Below, piece by piece: positions 31,529-39,660 of a stretch of DNA of 64,000 nt. Below the pieces are notes generated by a model, which had not been told where the DNA came from, ran no database searches, and worked only from the letters and a program-made list of their open reading frames with translations. The DNA is from an uncultured bacterium (lineage in GTDB: Bacteria; Krumholzibacteriota; Krumholzibacteriia; Krumholzibacteriales; Krumholzibacteriaceae). The stretch is taken from contig CAWFAD010000011.1 in assembly GCA_963813815.1 (NCBI GenBank), positions 32,001 through 96,000 on the forward strand, read 5' to 3'. Positions within the stretch are counted from its first letter, which is position 1; every line of letters begins with the position of its first letter. Position numbers and translations under genes: made by a program.

Positions 31529-31645
31529 TCACTCGCACCAGTGCGGGTCTTCCGAGCAGAGGGCGCAGAGCGTATGTCTCGGAATAACGCCATCCGAAGG
31601 CTTCGCATGGCGCGTTTCGGGGTTTGATGTCACGATGAACTTCAT
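31529..31645 (-). CDS. putative RiPP precursor P2: MKFIVTSNPETRHAKPSDGVIPRHTLCALCSEDPHWCE
   Basis: Hand-translated; GGAGGAG RBS; shared leader and core. Confidence 0.88.
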   Translation of the reverse strand: MKFIVTSNPETRHAKPSDGVIPRHTLCALCSEDPHWCE

Positions 31646-31665
31646 AGCGCCTCTCCTCCCTATTA

Positions 31666-31770
31666 TCACTCTTCGCAGGCGCGGGGCTCCTCATGGCAAA
31701 GCCAGCAGCGCGTCAAATGAGTGGAATTCGATCCGCGCGTCCCGAGCAACGGCTTCACGACGAATCTCAT
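31666..31770 (-). CDS. putative RiPP precursor P1: MRFVVKPLLGTRGSNSTHLTRCWLCHEEPRACEE
   Basis: AAGGAGG RBS; is the tail of track ORF 31666..32661; shared leader and core. Confidence 0.88.
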   Translation of the reverse strand: MRFVVKPLLGTRGSNSTHLTRCWLCHEEPRACEE

Positions 31771-31816
31771 GAGTACCCTCCTTTCCCCTAGGCTGAATTG
31801 GATGCTGAATTCGTTA

Positions 31817-31848
31817 AGCTTGACATATATGAAATAAGCTGTCAACAT
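31817..31848. promoter_or_regulatory. overlapping divergent promoters or palindromic site between precursors and maturase operon
   Basis: TTGACA (31820-25) and TGTCAA (31840-45) form an inverted pair in an AT-rich 96-bp gap. Confidence 0.5.
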
Positions 31849-31866
31849 ATTTAACGTGAGACTGTT

Positions 31867-32778
31867 ATGGAAAAAGAGATAATCCTCGTCGGAATTCCCG
31901 GATCGGGTCTCGCGAGGGAGATTGCCGCGCATCTCAGCGGCACTCTTTTTACTCCGAGGATCCTGTCCGTCGACGCGCCCTTCGAGGGGCGGGCGGTGAC
32001 GTTTGCTCCCGGGACCATCGTGTGGGAAGGGGTCGAGCTGCTCGAGGCGAGCGCCATATTCGCGGAGTGTTCGGTATTCAACTGGCCGCAGGCGCTCCTT
32101 CCCTTCGAAAACGATTCCAGTGGGCTCGCGTATAAGGAATGGGCCATCTTCCAGCGGGAGGCGCGTTCGCTCGTCGTATCCTCGCTCTGGGCGGCGGGGA
32201 GGGAGCGCCCGATGATAAACCCGCCGTCCGCGGCTCACCTCGCTCTCTCGCCCTCGATAGCGCTCGATTATCTGAAGCAAGCGGGGATCCAGGTCCATCC
32301 GTGGAGCGTCGAATCGGCTCCGCCGGATGAAGGGGCGGGAGCGGGGTTGGTTCTCGATGTCTGCGGGCGCGAGCGCTGGCATTCCCCGCGCCGGCCGCCG
32401 GCCGGCGACCCGGCTCTCGTGCTCGAGCCGCACGATAATGAGGTCGTGACCTTCATGGTCGCGGGCGGCTCGGTCCTCGGAGCGCTTCGCTACGCGCGAG
32501 GGGAATCGTGGGCGAAACGGCAGACGGGATCGATCGGGGCGGATGAGCCCGGGCTCACGATCGATCTCGCGCCTTTTTCCGAAGCGGCCGACCTCGCGAA
32601 ACGCTCGACCGAAGCGCTCGGGCTCGTTTTCGCGGCGGTATCCGTTCGCGCGGGCGCTCATCCCCCCTCGGTCATGCTCGTCGAGGCGAGCCCCGATCTC
32701 GAATCATGGAACGCGAAACTCGCGGGGCGCGTCGCGCGCTCCCTCGCCGATTGTCTCGTCGCCGCGGCCAGCTCCTGA
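31867..32778 (+). CDS. degenerate ATP-grasp (RimK-like) fold protein
   Basis: MINPP...LDYLKQAGIQV, LAKRSTEALGLVFAAVSV...MLVEASP; usual catalytic Lys, Asp and E-x-N not evident. Confidence 0.6.
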   Translation: MEKEIILVGIPGSGLAREIAAHLSGTLFTPRILSVDAPFEGRAVTFAPGTIVWEGVELLEASAIFAECSVFNWPQALLPFENDSSGLAYKEWAIFQREARSLVVSSLWAAGRERPMINPPSAAHLALSPSIALDYLKQAGIQVHPWSVESAPPDEGAGAGLVLDVCGRERWHSPRRPPAGDPALVLEPHDNEVVTFMVAGGSVLGALRYARGESWAKRQTGSIGADEPGLTIDLAPFSEAADLAKRSTEALGLVFAAVSVRAGAHPPSVMLVEASPDLESWNAKLAGRVARSLADCLVAAASS

Positions 32779-32810
32779 GCCGGGGCCCCGAAGCAAAGGA
32801 GTCGGATTCG

Positions 32811-34175
32811 ATGAAAGCGTCGCGCTACAATAAGCTCTTCCAGGCTTCGAACGGCGCGTGGCTCGCCTTCAACGGGTGGACCACCTCGCTCGCCGAGATC
32901 GAGCCGGAGCAGCTCGAGTTCTTCAGGGCCCTTCTCGCCGATCCCGACCATGTTCCGTGCGACACGGCCGAGAAACGCGATATGCGCGAGGCGATGATCG
33001 AGGCTAATTTTCTCATCGAGGACGGCATGGACGAGCTCAGCGCGACCAAGGTCGACAGCATGCGCGACCGGTTCGGCGGAGATTACCTGTATCTCACGAT
33101 AGCGCCGACCCTCAACTGCAACTTCCGGTGCGATTACTGCTACGAGGAGCACCTCAAGATCACGATGCCGAAGGCGATCGAGGCCGCGCTCCTGCGGTGG
33201 ACCGAGGAGCGCACGAAGGGGTTGAGCGAGCTTCATATCACCTGGTACGGGGGGGAGCCGCTTCTGCCCGGCGCTTACGATGCGGTGGAGCGCCTTTCCG
33301 GGGCGTTCCAGAAGCTGGCGGGAGAGCGGGGGATGAAGTACGGCGCTCATCTCGTCACGAACGCGTACCTCCTCGATAGGCCGAAGATGGAGTCGCTCGT
33401 CCGGCTCGGCGTCAATCTCGTGCAGGTGACGCTCGACGGCCCTCCCGCGATTCACGACGCGCGCCGGCATCTCGCCGGCGGACAGGGGACCTTCGCGAAG
33501 ATCGTCGAGAACGTCAAGAGCACGGTCGATCTCGCGGAGTTTCAGCTCAGGATCAACGTCGACCGGCGCAACGCGCTCTCCGCGCTCGAGGTCATCGAGA
33601 TTCTCGATGGAGAGGGGCTCACGGGGAAGATCCGTCCCTATCTCGCGCAGGTGATCTCCGGCGGCGGGACGTGCGGCAACATCAACGAGAGCTATTTCTC
33701 GAGCGAGGAATTCGCGGCGATGGAGATAGGGATCTACCGCGAAGCGGCGGCGAGGGGGCTCCGCATCATGCGCTACCCGTTCAGGCATCCCGGGGGTTTC
33801 TGCACGGCGGACCGCGCGAACGCCTACGTCGTCTCGCCGAACGGCTCGCTCTTCAAATGCTGGAACGACGTCACCATGAATCCCGACCGATCCGTGGGCT
33901 CGATCCTCGACGAGCAGGAGCCGTATCAGAAGCGCAACGAGGATCGCTGGCTCGCCTGGGATTCTCTCGAGAAAAAGGGGTGTCGCTCCTGCGAGATCCT
34001 CCCGATGTGCCACGGTGGATGCCCGATGACGGCGCTCGAGCATCCGGAGCGGGATCGAGGCGCGTGCGACCACTATAAGTTCCACCTCGAGCAGCTTCTC
34101 GAGCTCAAGTATCTCGCGCAGGCGGGCGGCGTCGAAGCGGGCGACGAATCTCCGAAGAGGAGGTGCGGCGGGTGA
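32811..34175 (+). CDS. radical SAM/SPASM-domain peptide maturase
   Basis: CNFRCDYC, WYGGEPLL, QVTLDG; SPASM C-x18-C...CxxCx5Cx3C-x14-C; about 90-aa N-terminal extension (MKASRYN...), possibly an RRE. Confidence 0.92.
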   Translation: MKASRYNKLFQASNGAWLAFNGWTTSLAEIEPEQLEFFRALLADPDHVPCDTAEKRDMREAMIEANFLIEDGMDELSATKVDSMRDRFGGDYLYLTIAPTLNCNFRCDYCYEEHLKITMPKAIEAALLRWTEERTKGLSELHITWYGGEPLLPGAYDAVERLSGAFQKLAGERGMKYGAHLVTNAYLLDRPKMESLVRLGVNLVQVTLDGPPAIHDARRHLAGGQGTFAKIVENVKSTVDLAEFQLRINVDRRNALSALEVIEILDGEGLTGKIRPYLAQVISGGGTCGNINESYFSSEEFAAMEIGIYREAAARGLRIMRYPFRHPGGFCTADRANAYVVSPNGSLFKCWNDVTMNPDRSVGSILDEQEPYQKRNEDRWLAWDSLEKKGCRSCEILPMCHGGCPMTALEHPERDRGACDHYKFHLEQLLELKYLAQAGGVEAGDESPKRRCGG

Positions 34176-35113
34176 CGCGCGTCGGAATCATCGGCCCCGG
34201 CGACCGCGAGGAGATGACCCGGCTCGCGATCCGTATCGAGGAGCGCGGCGCCGAGGCGGCTATTCTCGACAGCCGGGTGAATTCCTCTCTGCGGGTGGCG
34301 CCGGGGGAGGAGAGCCTCTGCGGCGTGCCGCTCGCGGAATTCACCGCCTTTTACGTCGCCGACCTCGGGCTGCCGAGCCCCGTCGCGCGCGGGCCGGACG
34401 GAGAGGTCGACAGAGCCGCGAGCGAGCGAGCGCTCGCCCATTCGCGGCGCCGCCTCGCGGCGTGGGACGCGCTCCTCGCCCGTCTCGAATTGCGCTGCAC
34501 GGTCGTCAATCCATACCGCACGCACGACATTCACGCCCTGAAGCCGCACGAGGCGGAGGCGTACATCCGGCTCGGCCTGCCGGTGCCGTATGCTCGCGCG
34601 ACCTCGGACGCCGAGGCGCTGCTCGCTTTGCCGGAGGTTTCATCGGCGTCGTGGATTCGCAAGGGAATGGTGGGGGGGAGCGATTACACGGAGGCGTACG
34701 TTCCGCCGCTCTCTCTCGAGGAGGCGCGGACGAGGCTCCGGCTCGGGCCCATCATGGTGCAGGAGAGGATAGAAGGGGATAATCTGCGCGCCTTCGTGCT
34801 CGACGGCGCCATGATCGGCGCCGCCGAGGTCATCAGTCACTCGGGCTCCGAGACGGACACACGCCGGGGCAGAATCAGGGTGCGGCGGGTCGATTTGCCC
34901 GAGGAGGCCTCGCGCGCGGCGGTGGCCGCCGCCGCCTGCTGGGGCATGTCCTTCGGGGCCGTCGACTTCATGATCGATGCGCGCAGCGGACGATACTGCA
35001 TTCTCGAGTGCAACTCGGCCCCCTTCTTCGTGAACTTCGAGCGCATGTCCGGCCATCCGATCGCGAGCCGGCTCGCCGAATACCTCTGTCGCAGGCGGCC
35101 GGGCGCTGCATAG
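34172..35113 (+). CDS. ATP-grasp ligase (RimK-like)
   Basis: VVNP...LK...GLPVP, IRKGMVGG, MVQERIEG..LRAFV, GAVDF...ILECNSAP; GTGA overlap with rSAM stop. Confidence 0.85.
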   Translation: MTRVGIIGPGDREEMTRLAIRIEERGAEAAILDSRVNSSLRVAPGEESLCGVPLAEFTAFYVADLGLPSPVARGPDGEVDRAASERALAHSRRRLAAWDALLARLELRCTVVNPYRTHDIHALKPHEAEAYIRLGLPVPYARATSDAEALLALPEVSSASWIRKGMVGGSDYTEAYVPPLSLEEARTRLRLGPIMVQERIEGDNLRAFVLDGAMIGAAEVISHSGSETDTRRGRIRVRRVDLPEEASRAAVAAAACWGMSFGAVDFMIDARSGRYCILECNSAPFFVNFERMSGHPIASRLAEYLCRRRPGAA

Positions 35114-35131
35114 ACGGCGCGCCGTCGAGAG

Positions 35132-35932
35132 GTGAGGATCGTGAACGAACCTCGATCGATGTTCGAGACGCCTCTTCTGCAGAGGATATACGATCACATC
35201 CGCGAGGAGCGGGATCCCGGGTTTTCGTTCTTCTCCGGCGAGACGATCCCGTGGGCCGGCCCCGTCGCCTCTCTCGCCGACACGCGGGTCGCGATCGTCT
35301 CGTCGGGCGCATTTCACGAGAAGGGGGACGCGCCGTTCGAATGCCTCGAGTCGCTCTTCGGGGATACGAGCTTTCGCGTGATTCCGCACGGGAGCGGGAA
35401 CGTCGATCTCGATGCTCCATACGTCGATCAGAAATACGCCGTGCACGACCTCGAGGTGGCGCTTCCCATGAAGGCGCTCGACGGGCTTCACGCGGAGCGG
35501 CGCATCGGGCCGCCTGCGCCGCGGCATTTCAGCTTCTGCGGCGGCATCGTGCACCCTCTGCCCGGACTTCACGAGAGCGCGGCGCGGGTGGAGAGGATTC
35601 TCCGCGAGGACGGCGCGGGGGCCGTCGTGCTGCTCCCGACCTGCTCGCTCTGCGTGCAGACGATCTCCGTCGTGGCGCGCGAGCTCGAGTCACTCGGCAT
35701 TCGCACGGTGGCCGTTTCGCTCATCCCGGAGCTCTCGCGGATCGTCGGGACGCCGCGGACCGTGAGCGTGCACTTTCCGTTCGGGGCCCCGTGCGGCAAT
35801 CCGGGGCACGCGGAGCTGCACCGGGCGGTCTTGCTCGAGGCGCTCTCGATGCTCGAGGACGCGCGCGAGCCGGGAGAGGTCCGCGCGTCGAACAACGCTT
35901 GGCGCAAATCGCCGGCCGGCCCGGAGGCATGA
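35132..35932 (+). CDS. glycine/betaine/D-proline reductase selenoprotein B (GrdB/PrdB)-like protein, Cys form
   Basis: RVAIVSSGA, GDTSFRVIP, HFSFCG, LPTCSLCVQTISVVARELESLGIRTV, PRTVSVHFPFGAPCG; no in-frame TGA. Confidence 0.75.
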   Translation: MRIVNEPRSMFETPLLQRIYDHIREERDPGFSFFSGETIPWAGPVASLADTRVAIVSSGAFHEKGDAPFECLESLFGDTSFRVIPHGSGNVDLDAPYVDQKYAVHDLEVALPMKALDGLHAERRIGPPAPRHFSFCGGIVHPLPGLHESAARVERILREDGAGAVVLLPTCSLCVQTISVVARELESLGIRTVAVSLIPELSRIVGTPRTVSVHFPFGAPCGNPGHAELHRAVLLEALSMLEDAREPGEVRASNNAWRKSPAGPEA

Positions 35933-35962
35933 GCCGGCGGCGTCCGCGAAGGAGGCTCCGGT

Positions 35963-36520
35963 ATGGCGCTCAAGGTGCTGGGGATAGCGGGAAGCCTGCG
36001 AAAGGGCTCGTACAACCGGGCGCTGCTCAGGGCCGCGGTCGAGCTCGCCCCGGAGGGAATGACGATCGAGATAGCCGAGATCGACGGGATCCCCCCCTTC
36101 AACGAGGACCTCGAGAAGCAGGGGATGCCGCCCGCGGTCGCGGAGCTCAGGCGGCGCGCGGCGGAGGCCGGCGCCCTGCTCATCGCGACCCCGGAGTACA
36201 ACCACTCGGTTCCGGGCGTTCTCAAGAACGCCATCGACTGGCTCTCGAGAGGCTCCGACCAGCCGCTCGACGGAAAACCCGCCGCGATCATGGGCGCTTC
36301 GACCGGTATGATCGGCACGGCCCGCGCTCAGGTGCATCTGCGGGATCTGGCGGTCACGGTGAACATGGCCGTGCTCGCCCAGCCGGAGGTGCTCGTCGCG
36401 CGCGCCGGAGAGCGGTTCGACGGGCGCCCCGAGCTCACGGATGAGCCGACGAGGCGGCGCGTACGGGCGCTGCTCGAGGCCCTGCGGGTCTGGGCGACGG
36501 CTCTCGGGGAACGGAAATAG
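35963..36520 (+). CDS. NAD(P)H-dependent FMN reductase
   Basis: GSLRKGSYN, ATPEYNHSVPGVLKNAIDWLSR, GTARAQ. Confidence 0.9.
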   Translation: MALKVLGIAGSLRKGSYNRALLRAAVELAPEGMTIEIAEIDGIPPFNEDLEKQGMPPAVAELRRRAAEAGALLIATPEYNHSVPGVLKNAIDWLSRGSDQPLDGKPAAIMGASTGMIGTARAQVHLRDLAVTVNMAVLAQPEVLVARAGERFDGRPELTDEPTRRRVRALLEALRVWATALGERK

Positions 36521-36652
36521 CCGGGAAACGGCGGCATTTCTTCATTTCACAAGTAGTTTGCTCCCGGGTCGCCCCCCTTTTACATTTGATATGGAAACGC
36601 CCCCTGTGATAGCATTCGCCGAGCTTTGGGAGGAAGTGGAGGAATTTGCGTA

Positions 36653-38974
36653 ATGAAGCATAGATTTGCCGTTGCCGCGGCGCTCGCGGCGGCCATCCTC
36701 GGGGCGTCGGGAGCCCTTGCGCAGGGGCCCGGTTCGGTCGTGCCGGGGGCCGCCCCCGGGCAGCAGCGAGCCGCGGCGGCGGGGGCCGTCATCAGCCGCA
36801 TCGAGATCACGGGGAACCATTTCGTGTCGCGGCAGAACATTCTCCAGATATTTGGAATCCGGGCGGGGGACGAGGTGCGGGAGGAACGCGTCAGCGAGGC
36901 CATCAGGCGGCTCGTGCAGACGAAGAACTTCGCGGATGTGTCGGTTTCGGCCCGGACGTCGGGGGACAGCCTCATCGTCGTGCTGGCCGTGGAGGAGTAC
37001 CCTCGCGTCAAGGAGATCCGCGTTCAAGGGACCGACAAGGTCAAGCGCGAGGACATCGAAGGGAAAATCCTGCTCAAGGAGGGATACTTCGCGCGCCCCG
37101 CCCTCTTCTCGCAGGACGTCGCCGCGATCAAGGCGCTCTACGCGGAGAAGGGGTACAACAACGCCTCCGTCGAAGTGAAGAAGATCGCGGTCGGCGACGC
37201 GCACAACGTCGTCGTCGCGTACGCGATCGCCGAGGGGAAGAAGATCAAGATCAGACACATCGACTTTCTCGGCGTGGGGTCCATCGAATCGCCCGAGCTT
37301 CGCAAGATGATAGAGACGAAGGAATCAAGGTGGTGGCGGGGCGGAGAGCTCAAGCCCGCGACCCTCGACGCGGATCTCAAGCTCATCAAGGAGTTCTACG
37401 GCACGCGCGGCTACCTCGACGCCGAAGTCTCGGTAGCGAAACAGGAGCAGTCGGGCGACGGCAAGCATCTCGATCTCTACATTCGGGTCGACGAGGGGCC
37501 GCAGTACCGTCTCGGCGCTCTCACGTGGTCGGGCAACACGATCGTCAAGGACGAGGAGATACGGAGCTTCGTTCACATCGAGAAGGGGGATCCGTTCGCG
37601 ACGGACCGGATCGAGATGCTGCAGTACGACATCAACGGCAAGTACTGGGAGCAGGGATACATCTACAGCCGCGTTATCCCGGTGCGGCGCGTCCGCAACC
37701 GGCGGATCGATCTCGCACTCCGCATCGAGGAGGGGAATCCCGCTTCGATCAAGGAGATCAAGATCTCGGGCAACACGAAGACCTTCGAGACCGTTATCCG
37801 GCGCGAGCTCAAGACGTATCCGGGCGACCGGTTCATCCTCACCGACGTGCAGCGGAGCCTCCGGGAAATCGTGGCCCTCGGCTACTTCAGCGGGCCGCCG
37901 AAGATCAATACGGAGCAGGTGAACGAGCAGGGGGACATCAACCTGCTCATTGCCGTCGAGGAAAAGCAGACGGGCAACTTCCGTTTCGGAGCGGGATTCT
38001 CGCAGCTCAACTCGCTTTCGGGCTTCTTCGGGGTTCAGGAGAACAACCTCTTCGGGCGCGGCAAGGGCGTCTCCCTCGACTGGGAGTTCGGCAGGTACCG
38101 CGAGAGCTTCAATTTTCAGTACACGGAGCCGTACTTCCGGGGCACGCAGAACACCGTGGCGTTCTCGCTGTACAACTGGATTCAGGACCGAGTGCAGCAG
38201 CAGTATTACACCGACCGCCGCAAGGGCGCCTCGCTCTCGCTCGGACGTCCGGTCCCGTGGCTCGATTACACGCGCCTCTACTCGAGCTACCGCCTCGAGC
38301 AGGTGGAGCTTTCCAACTTCTCGACCCTCTATCCCGACATGGGCGCCCTCCGGGGCGTCGAATGGCCGCAGGTGAAGAGCAGCGTGCTGCTGAGCCTCAC
38401 GCGCAACTCGACCGACAACCCCTCGCACCCGACGAAGGGATCGGTGAACACGCTCAGCGCCGAGTTCTGCGGCGGCGTGCTCCAGGGGAACGTGAAGTAC
38501 ATGCGCTTCATGGCCGAAACGTCGTGGTTCCGCACGCTCTTCTGGAAATTCACCCTCCACATGAATATGGAGCTCGGCGCGATCGACGGATACCGGAACC
38601 CCGACGAGGTGCAGGATTACGAGAAGTTCCGGCTCGGCGGCAACCGCCGCTACGCGCTCCGCGGCTACGATTACTACGAGGTCGTTCCCGAGGGGAACGA
38701 CGCGTACGTCGGCGGGCGTTTCATGGCGAGCTTCACCCACGAGCTGCTCTTTCCGTTCACCGACGCCGTGTACGGCCTCCTGTTCTTCGACGCCGGAAAC
38801 ACGTGGAACAGTTTCGGCACGGCCGACCTTTTCAACCTGCGGCGCGGGCTCGGGCTCGGCATTCGGATCGAGATGCCCGCGATCGGCAATCTCGGCTTCG
38901 ATTACGGCTACGGCTACGACAAGGTCGGCGGGCCCGCCTGGGAGCCGCATTTCACCTTCGGCACGATGTTCTAA
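36653..38974 (+). CDS. bamA: outer membrane protein assembly factor BamA
   Basis: Signal peptide, POTRA repeats (ISGNTKT..VIRRE), LRGY, FFDAGN, C-terminal Phe. Confidence 0.95.
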   Translation: MKHRFAVAAALAAAILGASGALAQGPGSVVPGAAPGQQRAAAAGAVISRIEITGNHFVSRQNILQIFGIRAGDEVREERVSEAIRRLVQTKNFADVSVSARTSGDSLIVVLAVEEYPRVKEIRVQGTDKVKREDIEGKILLKEGYFARPALFSQDVAAIKALYAEKGYNNASVEVKKIAVGDAHNVVVAYAIAEGKKIKIRHIDFLGVGSIESPELRKMIETKESRWWRGGELKPATLDADLKLIKEFYGTRGYLDAEVSVAKQEQSGDGKHLDLYIRVDEGPQYRLGALTWSGNTIVKDEEIRSFVHIEKGDPFATDRIEMLQYDINGKYWEQGYIYSRVIPVRRVRNRRIDLALRIEEGNPASIKEIKISGNTKTFETVIRRELKTYPGDRFILTDVQRSLREIVALGYFSGPPKINTEQVNEQGDINLLIAVEEKQTGNFRFGAGFSQLNSLSGFFGVQENNLFGRGKGVSLDWEFGRYRESFNFQYTEPYFRGTQNTVAFSLYNWIQDRVQQQYYTDRRKGASLSLGRPVPWLDYTRLYSSYRLEQVELSNFSTLYPDMGALRGVEWPQVKSSVLLSLTRNSTDNPSHPTKGSVNTLSAEFCGGVLQGNVKYMRFMAETSWFRTLFWKFTLHMNMELGAIDGYRNPDEVQDYEKFRLGGNRRYALRGYDYYEVVPEGNDAYVGGRFMASFTHELLFPFTDAVYGLLFFDAGNTWNSFGTADLFNLRRGLGLGIRIEMPAIGNLGFDYGYGYDKVGGPAWEPHFTFGTMF

Positions 38975-39047
38975 AAAGTGGTTTCACCGGGAGGGAAAAG
39001 TACTATATTTGGTTAATTTCCCGTTCGCCTAAAAGGAGGATGTTCAC

Positions 39048-39590
39048 ATGAAGCGTATGGCGGCCCTGGTTCTCGCGAGTTTCGTCGCTGCTCAGATTGC
39101 CCCGGTGGCGCTCCGCGCCGAAGAGGTCAAGATCGGATACATCGACACGGTGAAGATATTCGCCGAGTACAAGGAAACGGTCGACGCAGAGGCAATCTAC
39201 AAGAAAGAGGTCGACGGCTGGAAGAAGAAGCAGTCCGACCTCGAGGCCGAGCTCGCGAAGCTGCGCGAGGAGATCCAGAGCCAGAGCCTCATGCTGAGCG
39301 AGGAGAAGCTCGCCGAGAAGAAGCAGACCTTCGACCGCAAGGCGCAGGAATACCAGAAGTTCATGAACGACACCTTCGGCGACGAGGGGATCGCGGCCAA
39401 GAGGAACAAGGAGCTCACCGCCCCGATCGTCGAAAAGATAAACGCCGTCATCGCGAAGCTGGCCGAGGACGAGGGGTATTCGATCGTGTTCGACGCGGCG
39501 CAGGGCAACATCATATACGCGAAGAAGACGCTCGATCTCACCGAACGCGTGACGAAGCTCCTCGACGAGCAGCTGCAGAAGGCCCAGTAG
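39048..39590 (+). CDS. skp: OmpH/Skp periplasmic chaperone
   Basis: KIGYID, coiled coil, IVFD...IIYA...DLT; follows bamA. Confidence 0.9.
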   Translation: MKRMAALVLASFVAAQIAPVALRAEEVKIGYIDTVKIFAEYKETVDAEAIYKKEVDGWKKKQSDLEAELAKLREEIQSQSLMLSEEKLAEKKQTFDRKAQEYQKFMNDTFGDEGIAAKRNKELTAPIVEKINAVIAKLAEDEGYSIVFDAAQGNIIYAKKTLDLTERVTKLLDEQLQKAQ

Positions 39591-39660
39591 CATTCGTTCG
39601 GGCGGCCCGCGTGCCGGCCGCGCATCGCGGCGGCGCGGGTGAAGGAAGGGATTCAGTAAG

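Noticed and set aside
30679..31770. Recurring GACGAACTTCAT / ACGATGAACTTCAT motif as a CRISPR array
   Set aside because: Repeats are short, degenerate and irregularly spaced, and no cas genes are present; they are the reverse complement of the precursor start codons.
30885..31770. Triceptide (aromatic-x-x cyclophane) interpretation from W-L-C / F-L-C
   Set aside because: The aromatic residue is present in only three of six cores, while Cys, Thr, Glu and Pro are invariant.
30730..31772. Track ORFs 30730-30945, 30807-31130, 30946-31236 and 31284-31772 on the plus strand
   Set aside because: They are antisense to the six precursors, which have RBSs and a conserved motif.
35132..35932. Selenocysteine recoding in the GrdB/PrdB-like gene
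   Set aside because: The frame is uninterrupted and has TGC (Cys) at the expected position.
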